DNA of 64,000 bases. Origin: an uncultured Nitrospiraceae bacterium (GTDB taxonomy: Bacteria > Nitrospirota > Nitrospiria > Nitrospirales > Nitrospiraceae). Shown here piece after piece: positions 39,864 to 49,300 of this stretch; position 1 is the stretch's first letter, and every line of letters begins with the position of its first letter. Below the pieces are notes generated by a model. The model had not been told where the DNA came from, searched no databases, and saw nothing but the letters and a program-made list of their open reading frames with translations. The position numbers and the translations under genes were made by a program. The stretch spans positions 64,001 through 128,000 of the forward strand of contig CAVPLT010000006.1 in assembly GCA_963706325.1 (NCBI GenBank), given 5' to 3'.

Positions 39864-40054
39864 GCAGGAGGATCAAAAAGTCCGCCCAGCGCGGCCGCAG
39901 CGAGGCGCACGGGGCGAGGAATAACGAGCGCCATGTTTGTGCGCGCCCGCGAGCCGGTGAGCGGGCAGTGTCTTAAGCAAAGTGTAGCTTGTTCACTACG
40001 TTGAGGATCGGAGCGATGCGAGAACGAAGCTGGGGGGCTTTTTCACCCTCCTGC
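39864..40054 (-). repeat. Hairpin repeat element, copy F (long variant, inverted)
   Basis: Ends GCAGGAGGATCAAAAAGTCC / GGGCTTTTTCACCCTCCTGC (17 of 20); GGCCGCAGCGAGG, CTACGTTGAG, CGAGAACGAAG. Confidence 0.9.
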
Positions 40055-40467
40055 TAATAGGCGGGAACGCCGCCGGCCGGGTCAGTATATCTGGTAGGCG
40101 TAGTGAAGTGATCCCAAGTCGTGACGACACCTGCTTCAAAGTACACACGAAAGTCGGCAGTGACGCAGGCATCTCTTCCGATGGGCGGGTAGAGCCACAC
40201 CTGCACACGTCTGCCTTGATCTTGTATCTCAGTCTTACAGACCGGCGCTCCGAGGGCAAGATACACCTGGTCTTGATTCATGCCTCGGATGATGGTTCCG
40301 CGGTCGATCGTCCGCCGCACGTCCTCTGGGTAGGACGGATACTGGTCTCTCATGAGGCGATGGCGCTCCGTGTCACACCCCGATAAGCTTATGGCTAGCA
40401 GGAGAAGACTATGGAAAAGGACCCGTTGAAGCCACACCAACGAAGCGCTTCCGAGGAGAGGGCTCAT
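40054..40467 (-). CDS. Lipoprotein, SmpA/BamE-like
   Basis: Lipobox LSGC; GM..DQV.LALG.P and W.Y pattern. Confidence 0.75.
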   Translation of the reverse strand: MSPLLGSASLVWLQRVLFHSLLLLAISLSGCDTERHRLMRDQYPSYPEDVRRTIDRGTIIRGMNQDQVYLALGAPVCKTEIQDQGRRVQVWLYPPIGRDACVTADFRVYFEAGVVTTWDHFTTPTRYTDPAGGVPAY

Positions 40468-40978
40468 AGCACCTGCTCCGGCAATTGCCCGCAGAACAAC
40501 TCGACCGTTTTTTGAAACAGGAAGAGGGCCGTGTCCTGAGGAGAGGCCGCAAGGGCGGCATTGGCAGCCTCTTCAATGTCGGAACGGCAAATCTGAAAAC
40601 GACGAACAACGTAGAGCGCGTCGTCTAAATCAAGTTCAATGCCGCGACGAAGTTTCGCGATCACGTAATCCACCGGCGCCAAAAGGCGGATGCGGAGATT
40701 CGGACGAGATAGGAGGTCTGTGGCGCGGTCTCGATACCCAGGCGGCATCGCCACAATAGACCATCCAGAAATGTTCTGCTTCAGATCCGCCGGCACACCT
40801 TCAGCAGAAAGAAACGCGACAGGCGGATGGAGCGGACCAGTAAGTTCGCCGTCCACATCGTTCGTCTAGCGTTCACGAAATCCATAATATTGCAACGCAA
40901 GGGTGCCGCCGGGGAGCAAGTCGATCGGTTGACCGGTGGTCTGGACGAATTGCTCCAGAAGGAGAATTGGGCGTTCAC
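40464..40978 (-). pseudogene. Disrupted nucleotidyltransferase (DUF6036/AbiEii-like)
   Basis: GG.LAL.YYGFRER*TNDVD motif with in-frame TAG at 40868-40866; GTG 40978 out of frame with the body; AKL.R...D.DD C-terminal motif. Confidence 0.75.
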
Positions 40979-41310
40979 CGGTGATGGTAGGCAAATTGTA
41001 GCGCCTCGGCAAAAGTCCGATAGTCCCGAAAATCGATCGGGCCCGAATCATCGGGAAGCGGCCTACGGTTGAACAAAAATGTAATCAGGCGACGATAGTG
41101 CGCGTACCAGCGGCAGGCATTCAGATAGACCGCCTCAAATTCCCCGTCATCTCGCCATAGCGACCAATCGGGCTGGTCATTCACGATGATTTCCAGCCAG
41201 AGAATGCGGCGTCCACGAGGGGTACCGAGGGCCTCTGCGACAGAGTCAGTATTCAGATAGGCAGGAAGCAACTTAAATGACGTGGACGATCCATTCGACG
41301 GAACAAACAT
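40975..41310 (-). CDS. Hypothetical protein, possible partner of the nucleotidyltransferase
   Basis: Intact 111 aa ORF whose TGA overlaps GTG 40978. Confidence 0.65.
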   Translation of the reverse strand: MFVPSNGSSTSFKLLPAYLNTDSVAEALGTPRGRRILWLEIIVNDQPDWSLWRDDGEFEAVYLNACRWYAHYRRLITFLFNRRPLPDDSGPIDFRDYRTFAEALQFAYHHR

Positions 41311-41366
41311 GTTCTGGAGTCTAGCATAGCGAACAACGAGGGTCAGGACCTATCACCACCCTGCGG

Positions 41367-41888
41367 CTATTCCTTGACCGTCACCTTCATGCGGATCGGC
41401 TCCAGCGGATTGTCGCGCTCGTCGCAAGGCAGCTTCGCGATCATGTCGATGATTTCGATCCCCCGGATGATTTCCCCGAAAATCGAATAACGACGGTCGA
41501 GCCCGCCGTTATCCTGCAGCGAGATGAAAAACTGCGAGCCGTTGTCGTTGAAGTCGCGGGTGCTGTTGCCGTCCCGCGGCATCTTCGCCATGGAGATGGC
41601 GCCGCGCTTATGCGGACGGTCGTTGGGCTCGGGATTGAGAAAGAAGCCTGGGCCACCGGTCCCGTGCGACATCCGGTCGGGTGTCTTGCTCAGCGGATCG
41701 CCGCCCTGGATGATGAAGCCTGGCACGACCCGGTGAAACGTGGTGTCGTCAAAGAAGCCCATCTTCGCCAGGTTGATGAAATTCTCCACATGACGCGGCG
41801 CATCGTCCGGGTAGAACTTTATTCTGATTTCCCCGAACTTGGTGGTAATCGTGGCACGCGGATCTTTTTTCTGAAATTGCATAGTCAT
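41367..41888 (-). CDS. Cyclophilin-type peptidyl-prolyl cis-trans isomerase
   Basis: FHRVVPGFIIQGGDP, GTGGPG, H.RGAISMA, GSQFFI, FGE. Confidence 0.95.
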   Translation of the reverse strand: MTMQFQKKDPRATITTKFGEIRIKFYPDDAPRHVENFINLAKMGFFDDTTFHRVVPGFIIQGGDPLSKTPDRMSHGTGGPGFFLNPEPNDRPHKRGAISMAKMPRDGNSTRDFNDNGSQFFISLQDNGGLDRRYSIFGEIIRGIEIIDMIAKLPCDERDNPLEPIRMKVTVKE

Positions 41889-42081
41889 GGGGCAAATCTA
41901 ACAGGGAGGGGATTCCAACGGCAAGAGGCCAGAACGGCCAACGAGCACGAAGCGAACCGGCGCGCCCCACGAGAACCCTTCACTATGGGGAGGGGAGGAC
42001 AGATCATAGGATTGTCGCTCTCCCGGCAAGAGAGTATCCTTTCGGCGGTCACCGGCCCGAAGGAGAAGTGAGGAGGATTCT

Positions 42082-43611
42082 ATGCCTGAACAAGCGGTTC
42101 TCAATGTCGATCTGGCGGATGTCTGGGAGGAACGCGGCCGGAAAAAGTTCATCCGGACGATAGCCTGGGGCGACGAAGTCACCGTGTTGAAACAACTCAG
42201 CACGCACCTCGAAGTCGGCATCACCGTGTTCCGCCAAAAGCCCGACGGCAGCATCCTTCCCGAGTCCATCACCGGCTATATCGAACCAGCTAAATCTTCC
42301 GGCATCAAAGTCGCCGAGCTGGTCAAGCCCGTCTCAGACAATCGCGTCTTGAAGGTGAATTTCGTCGATGTGCAGCAGGGCGACGGCTCAGTGATCGAAA
42401 CGCCGGACGGGAAAATTATCCTGGTCGACGGGGGTGACAATCAAATGTTCGCGCGGTACCTGGCGGGACGATTTCGCGACACCAGCGCGCAGAGCCCCAA
42501 GGATGTCGAATGCATCGTGGTCACGCATGGGGATGCCGACCATTTCGCCGGCCTCAGCGAGATTCTCAAATCGGAAACGAACAAGGTGAAGCGTAAACGC
42601 CTCTTCATGCAACCCAAGCGGGTCTATCACAACGGAATCGTGAAGCGTCCCAGCAAAATGAACAACAAAACCGTTCCCGACACGAAGCTGCTGGGGCCGA
42701 CCAAGACCGTGGGGGGCCAACTCTACATCACGGGACTGGAGGACGATCTGCTCACCGTCGCGGACAGCGAGATGAACGAGCCGTTCCGCGAATGGAAAGA
42801 CACATTGAACACTTACAACAGCCGCAGCCCGGTCTCATTTCGGCGCCTCCAACTTGGAGATACGCAGGCCTTCGATTTTCTTAACCACGACGATTTACAC
42901 ATCGATGTACTGGGACCAATCACCGCAGAGGTTGATGGAAAACCGGCGCTGCGGTTTCTGGGTGAACCGCCCAAAGGCCCGCGCATCGGCCACGACTCCC
43001 TGAACGACAGCGATGAGGGTTTCACCGGCCATTCCGCCTCCCATACCATCAACGGACACTCCATCGTCCTCCGGCTGAGTTACGGCGGCTTCAGCTTTTT
43101 GTTTTCAGGCGATCTCAACGATGAAGCCAGCCGCTTCCTGGCCCGCGAGCACAACAAGGGCAGCCTTAACCTACGATCCGAAGTGTTCAAGGTACCCCAC
43201 CATGGATCGGCCGATTTCTCCGGCGCGTTCCTTCAGGTCGTGTCGCCCATCGTGAGCGTGGTGTCGAGCGGGGACGAAAGCGCGCGAAAAGAATACATCC
43301 ATCCGCGAGCCACCCTCATGGGAGCCTTGGGCAAATGGTCGCGAGTGCCTGAGCCACTCATTTTTGTGACCGAGTTGGTCGCGTTCTTTAAAACAGAAGG
43401 CCCGTGTCGCCTGCAGGACGACAAGGCCGCCAAAAAGCGTGGGCCGTTCTATGGATTCAGCCGCACCGCCTATGGCCTCGTGAAAACACGCACCGACGGC
43501 ACGCGCCTTTTCGTCTATACGGATAGCGGCAATATCCAGATGAAAGAGGCGTATGCCTATGCCCTCGATACCTCGGGGGTGCCGCAACCAGCCGAGGTGA
43601 TTCGCGCATGA
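42082..43611 (+). CDS. ComEC/Rec2-like metallo-beta-lactamase fold hydrolase
   Basis: FVDVQQGDG, LVDGG, THGDADH, N..SIV, LFSGD, KVPHHGS, HP; GAGGAGG SD. Confidence 0.88.
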   Translation: MPEQAVLNVDLADVWEERGRKKFIRTIAWGDEVTVLKQLSTHLEVGITVFRQKPDGSILPESITGYIEPAKSSGIKVAELVKPVSDNRVLKVNFVDVQQGDGSVIETPDGKIILVDGGDNQMFARYLAGRFRDTSAQSPKDVECIVVTHGDADHFAGLSEILKSETNKVKRKRLFMQPKRVYHNGIVKRPSKMNNKTVPDTKLLGPTKTVGGQLYITGLEDDLLTVADSEMNEPFREWKDTLNTYNSRSPVSFRRLQLGDTQAFDFLNHDDLHIDVLGPITAEVDGKPALRFLGEPPKGPRIGHDSLNDSDEGFTGHSASHTINGHSIVLRLSYGGFSFLFSGDLNDEASRFLAREHNKGSLNLRSEVFKVPHHGSADFSGAFLQVVSPIVSVVSSGDESARKEYIHPRATLMGALGKWSRVPEPLIFVTELVAFFKTEGPCRLQDDKAAKKRGPFYGFSRTAYGLVKTRTDGTRLFVYTDSGNIQMKEAYAYALDTSGVPQPAEVIRA

Positions 43612-43936
43612 TCGAGTGGAAACGATTCTTCTGGAGTCGTGACCTTACTCCTCCGGCTTCTGACTCGCATCGATCCTCAGCCACATACTCTGCCACTGAA
43701 GGCGATGACGGCCGCCATCAGCAACGCCGCCGTCCAGCCCCACTGGTCGGTCAGCAAGGGAGTGAGACTCGGAGTATGGGCCCGCCTTGCTTTGCGCCAA
43801 TCTCATCACGCCCGACAACCTATTCGCCTGGGTTTTGGAGGGTCCGGTCAACCGCGCAGCCTACTTTCCGGCGCTCACGCCATCGCTGCCGCTTCGAAGA
43901 CCGGCACCGGTCGGTGGACATCCCTGTAAGGTCTCC

Positions 43937-43965
43937 TTGACAGTGTGACGCAGACTGCCTAGCCT
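43937..43965 (+). promoter_or_regulatory. Sigma70-type promoter candidate
   Basis: TTGACA, 17 nt, TAGCCT. Confidence 0.4.
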
Positions 43966-44225
43966 GGTCCCTGACCCTTGCACCTCGCGGCTGTCCAACT
44001 TCGCTTGCCACCGGAAGCAGGGAGACGTCGATGATCCTGGCGTTGTATTTCAGTCAGTGGTCGGGGGAATTTACGAAAGGTGGAAGGTCTAAAACGTTTT
44101 TCGAAAATGGCCCGGCCCCATCCCTTATCTGCTCCGTGCGCGACAAAGATGCGACAAAGACGCCACCCGGTTCCGGCACCCCAACGTTCGCGGACCAATA
44201 CACGTCGGATTGGAGGAATCATCAC

Positions 44226-44699
44226 ATGAGTCACAAGACGAAGGCGCAGAAAGGCTCGGGGCCGGCGATTACCGTCACGCCGGTTGCCGCGGCGATCGGC
44301 GTGGTGCTGCGAGGCGGCGAGGTTCTGCTCATCCGCCGCGCGAATCAGCCGGACGCGGGGAAGTGGGGCTTTCCCGGTGGCAAGATCGAGCCGGGTGAAC
44401 CGGTCCAGGCTGCCGCGGCACGGAAAGTGGCGGAAGAGACCGGCCTCGTCGTGCGCCCGCTGCACGTGTCTACGGCGGTCGACGCGTTCCATCGGAACGC
44501 GAGTGGACAGTTAGTTACCCATTATGTGTTGATCGCCGTGTTATGCGAGTGGGTTTCCGGCGTCCCCCAGGCGGCCGGTGATGCGTTGGAGGCGGAGTGG
44601 TTCCCCATCGAAACGTTGGAATCAGTCGACCTCGTCCAGAGTGTAGACGTCGCACGCATCGCGTCGATGGCCGCGAGGGTTCGGGAGGAATTTCAATGA
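44226..44699 (+). CDS. Nudix hydrolase (alternative in-frame start at 44031)
   Basis: WGFPGGKIEPGE....AARKVAEETG, HYVLI, GDALEA.W; GGAGG SD. Confidence 0.88.
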   Translation: MSHKTKAQKGSGPAITVTPVAAAIGVVLRGGEVLLIRRANQPDAGKWGFPGGKIEPGEPVQAAAARKVAEETGLVVRPLHVSTAVDAFHRNASGQLVTHYVLIAVLCEWVSGVPQAAGDALEAEWFPIETLESVDLVQSVDVARIASMAARVREEFQ

Positions 44700-44854
44700 T
44701 CGCGCTGTTGGTGAAGGATCCTGAATCGGGCAGGCTTCGATGGTTGCGCCCATTCCGCTAATACCCTTGGATCGGCGCTTTGTCCACGGAGTAACTTCCA
44801 AAACCGGTCAGCTGAACCGCTGGGCCCCGGCTTCGTCCTCGAACGTTCTCCTTC

Positions 44855-44945
44855 ATGAGCCCGGCACTGACGGAAGGTAGCGAGACAACGGACCAGAGAA
44901 GACGGGAATCGGTATGGTCGATCGTGCTCGCGGGCGGCGACGGCC
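44855..44945 (+). pseudogene. 5' stub of a sugar-phosphate nucleotidyltransferase gene
   Basis: Encodes VWSIVLAGGDG, then similarity stops and the MFS 3' end begins. Confidence 0.5.
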
Positions 44946-44981
44946 ACTCGGTCTCAGATCCTTCACGCACCTCACATCCTT

Positions 44982-46226
44982 CTACTTCTTCATGGCCTCG
45001 CTCGCATCGACCTTCATCCACATCAGCCCGCCGCAGAGGGCGATGAATGCGGCGAACAGCAGCGAGGCCGTCCAGCCCCAGTGATCGGCCAGCCAGGGCG
45101 TGAGGCTGGGTGAAATCACGCCACCCACGTTCGCGCCCATGTTCATCACCCCCGACAGAGTGCCGGCATGGGTTTTGGAGAGATCGGTCGTCACGCTCCA
45201 ATAGGCGCCGACGGTGAAATACAACCAGCCGGCACCTAGCGAGAGACAGGCAATGGCCACAACCTGCGAATCGGCCGAGGCGCCGACGGCAATGAGGCCG
45301 CCGGCCAGCACCATGCCGATCATGCCAACGATCGCCCGAGCTTTCGTCAGACCGAGCGTCGAGACCAGGCGATCCGTAGCCCACCCACCGAGCGGGCAGA
45401 AGACGAGAATGGCCACGAAGGGCGCAGCGGCGAGCCAGCCGCCGCGCAACAGATCGATCCCTCGCACGTTCACCAGATAGAGATAAAACCAGGACATGTA
45501 AATGTAGGCAACGTAACCGAGGCAGGCGTAACTCAACACCAGCCAACGCAGTGATGAGGAGCGCGCGAATTGTCGCCACGGAACAACCGAAGGTGGCCGT
45601 AGTGACGCTCGGCTACCTGTCATCGACTGCCCGCGAGAACCGAGCACCCACAAAATCGCCACCGCAAGACCGATCAAGGCGGAAAGGTAGAACACCGTCT
45701 GCCAGTAATAATTCACCATGACCCAGGAGGCGAGGGGAGGGGTGATTGCGGCGCCAACGCCGATGCCGCCGATCGCGATGCCGATACCGAGCCCTCGTTG
45801 AGCCGGCGGAATCCAATCGGCCACGGCCCGATTGAAATTCGGCAGGGCCACGGCTTCACCGACGCCGAGAAGAAAGCGCACGACGATCAGCGCACCGACC
45901 GTCCCGACCATGGTGGCCAGCGGAAGGGTGGCCGCCACCGCCGTCAAGGCGGTGAAGAAGGACCACCAGACCAGCGCGGCAGCTAGCACCACCCGGGCGC
46001 CCCAGCGATCGCCCAGCCATCCGCCGGGAATCTGGCAAAGCGCGTAGCCGAACACGAAGGCGGAAAAGATGTACCCCATGTCCTGATCGGTCAGGCCGTA
46101 GGCCGGCATCATCTGTCGCGCCGTCACGGAAATATTGACCCGATCCATGTAGGTCACTGCGCTGATCGCGAACAACAGGCCGAGAATGCCCCATCGCGGC
46201 CGTCGCACTGCTATCCCAGAGTCCAC
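44982..46226 (-). CDS. MFS transporter, anion:cation symporter (sugar-acid-like) family
   Basis: YMDRVNIS, QIPGGWLGDRWG, RFLLGVGEA...P, about 12 TMs. Confidence 0.93.
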   Translation of the reverse strand: MDSGIAVRRPRWGILGLLFAISAVTYMDRVNISVTARQMMPAYGLTDQDMGYIFSAFVFGYALCQIPGGWLGDRWGARVVLAAALVWWSFFTALTAVAATLPLATMVGTVGALIVVRFLLGVGEAVALPNFNRAVADWIPPAQRGLGIGIAIGGIGVGAAITPPLASWVMVNYYWQTVFYLSALIGLAVAILWVLGSRGQSMTGSRASLRPPSVVPWRQFARSSSLRWLVLSYACLGYVAYIYMSWFYLYLVNVRGIDLLRGGWLAAAPFVAILVFCPLGGWATDRLVSTLGLTKARAIVGMIGMVLAGGLIAVGASADSQVVAIACLSLGAGWLYFTVGAYWSVTTDLSKTHAGTLSGVMNMGANVGGVISPSLTPWLADHWGWTASLLFAAFIALCGGLMWMKVDASEAMKK

Positions 46227-46386
46227 AGTCCCCCTGAACCATTCCCTCGCACACCAAAGCTGCGCATTATAGTCCGCTTAGGTGAGCGCCACCAGTCGCC
46301 TCCGAAGGCCGACGGCCGGCTCCTGTATGGATTTCCCTCTGGCTCATCCAGTACACTCAGATTTTTAGCTGGCACATGGAGGTGGA

Positions 46387-49300
46387 GTGAAGGTTCGTCC
46401 GCGCGCAGTCGTGCTGTCTCTGCTCGGCCTCCTCGTCGTGGGTGCGCTCTTGCTTTTGTATTCTCGAGAGCTTTTCGGCGTCGATGTCATTAAGAATTTT
46501 TTCCTGCAACAACTCGAAGCGAGCCTCCGGCGCAAGATCGAGTTCGATCGAATCAAGCTTGTCGTGCTGCCGAGCATTCGGCTTGAACTGACCAACGTCA
46601 GCGTATACGGCCACGACGACCCCACACACGTCGTCTTCAAAGCCAAGGAAATGGACATCGTGTTGCGTCTCCTGCCGCTCCTCAAGCAGCAGGTCGTGGC
46701 AAAACGGCTGTTTCTCGACGAACCGACCGTCACGTTGATACGCAATCACTCCGGCCACTGGAACATTCTCGCCGGACTTCCATCCGCGGCCAAGGACGAA
46801 TCGGCCTACCAGATGTTCAGCCGCCTCCTGCAAATCCGCGAAGCGACCATTCAGAAAGGCCATGTGACCATCACGGACGAAGCGCGGTCCGACGGCGTCC
46901 GAACAGCCATGCTCGAATCAGTTGAGATGGCATTGAAGGTCTATCCGGGAAAAGCCGAGGGCGACCTGCATATCTCCGCCAGCTTACCAGGCAAGGACGC
47001 CCCCTCGGCCTTTTCGTTGACTGGGACCATCGGCTTGAGCGAATCATCTTCGTCCCTGGCGGCGGAGGAGCCTTACTCAGTCAGGCCCGCCTTTCAATTT
47101 GAAGGAGAGATCGAAACCGCGAATCTACGCCTCCGCGAGGCCGCCGATTTCTTCGGACCTCGGCCCGTGCCTGATCAGCTACAAGGCGGCGCGAATTTGA
47201 AGAGCCGCATCCGCGTGGCGCCCGGTGTCGCCGGTTACGACGTGGTCCTGACGGAGATCGCCGCCAACGTCGATCAGCTGGCGGTGACCGGCAAAGCCAA
47301 TCTCGCAGGACTCCTGACGTCCCAACCCACATTCTCCATCACGTTCGCCTCGCCACCCATCGATCTTAAGAAACTCTTCGCGCATATTCCCGCGCAGTGG
47401 ATTCATGCGCAATTGCCGGGAATCATCGAGCAACGGCGGCTGGGAGGAACCGTGGAAATCCTCTCCGCCACGCTGACCGGGGCGACGGAGCCAAGCCCGC
47501 AATTGTCACTCACCGGTAATTTCCGCATCGAGAAGGGCGCCGCCCTGATCGGAAACGATCGTGTGCCGACGCAGGATTTGACCGCCTCCGTCTCAGTGGA
47601 GCCAGGCCGTATCAGGGTCGGTAAGCTGACCGGCACCTACGGGACGTTGCAAATGACGGACGGCAAGGCCGTCGTGTCCTTCCTCGAGGCCGGTCCCTGG
47701 ATGGAACTGGATGTCAGCGGCAACATGACCGCGGCTGATCTGGTCAAATTTCTCACTAAGACTATCCGCGCAGACCGACTCACCTCGCTGCTGGCGCAAT
47801 CCCACGACATCGAGGGGCAGACGCATCCGACTTTCCGGCTGGTGGGACCACTGGACCAGCCGGAGGGCATTACATTCGCAGGCGGGGAGGTTTTGGCCGA
47901 GCAGGTTAGCCTCATGAATCCATCGCTGCCGCAGCGGCTCACCGCCGTGCGAGGCCGCATCGTCTTTTCGCAAAACGGCGGCGCGCAATTTGATCAGGTC
48001 ACGGCCAATTTGGGAGATGCGCAGCTCCAATTCAACGGACAGATCAGCGGCGGCACACCGAATCTTTTTCAAGATTTCGTCATCCGCGCGAAGGGCAACG
48101 CCGCCCAGCTCCGCCAGATGCTGTCCGCGGGCGCGTTCCCGGATGATCTGCTCTCCGGTATCATCAATGCCAAGATACAGCTGTCCGGCCCCTCCAGCGC
48201 CCCGCATTTGCGGGGTGAGATCGGCCTGAATGACGCCAAACTCGTGCTCCCGACGGTGGGGGAAAAGCCCCTGGGCTCGCCGGCCTCCTTGGAGCTCGAT
48301 GCCGATGTCACACGTGGAGTAGGTCTGACCATTTCGCGGTTGGAACTGGTGGTGCCGCCGTTTCGGCTGCCGCTAAAGGGCCGCATTACTCTCGGCGATC
48401 AATTTGCAATCGACGCGTCGCTCGCCTCGGGCGCCGTCTCCATATCGAGTCTGCCAGAATGGATCTACAAGAGCGGTTTCGAAGCCGGCAATCTCGAAGT
48501 CTCAATGGATGTAAAGGGCACCGACGCCGAATGGAAAAATTGGCGTGCAAGCGGGTGGCTAGCACTTACCAACGGCTTGATGACAGTCAAGGGCGTGGAA
48601 GGCCCCGTCGAGGATGTTTATCTCCGGTTGAAGTTTTCTAAAAACATCGCCGACATCAAACAGCTTTCATTTCGGATTAAGGACAACGATGTCAGCATGT
48701 CGGGAGCCCTGAAGAACTGGACCACCAAACCGGTGATCGCGATCAAGCTTGAGTCGGCACAAATGGATCTCGACCTGTTGATTCCGAAAGGGCAACGCTC
48801 ACCGATCCGAGAGTTCCTTGAGATCTTAGCCTCGACCAGTCAAGTCAGCGCGACTGCCACGATCGAGAAGGGACTCTACAAACATTTACGGTTTGGAGGG
48901 CTTTCCGGGCGGTTGGTGATCCAGGATGGCCTGTTGGATCTTGACCGCATCGTCGGCCAGTTAGGAACCGGCCATGTGGCCGGCCGGATGGTCGTCCGGC
49001 TTCCCAAGGGCCAGCCCGCGGAAACTGAAACCTCGGTCAGGATGACCGGCATTCCCCTCGAAGCCCTCTTGCCACTGCTGGGCGCGCGCGACATGCCGCT
49101 CACGGGCGACCTGAAACTCTCCGGTGTGCTGCGCGGTCATGGCCGTAATCCCCATGGAGTCCTACCGACCTTCAATGGAAAGACCGAACTGATGGCGCAG
49201 GAGGGACGCATTCTCAAAAGCGAGAAACGCGCAATCTGGAAGATTCTCTCGATTCTGAATCTTCCGTCGGTGCTGTTGGGTAAAGTGGATTTGGATAAAG

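Noticed and set aside
39184..40056. CRISPR array
   Set aside because: Units are 110-190 bp, divergent, in both orientations, with no identical short repeats or regular spacers and no cas genes in the window.
39184..40056. Integron attC array
   Set aside because: No consistent RYYYAAC/GTTRRRY ends, no cassette ORFs between units and no integrase.
43608..43940. Genes downstream of the MBL hydrolase
   Set aside because: Overlapping short frames with no recognisable motif; possibly a remnant but not supportable.
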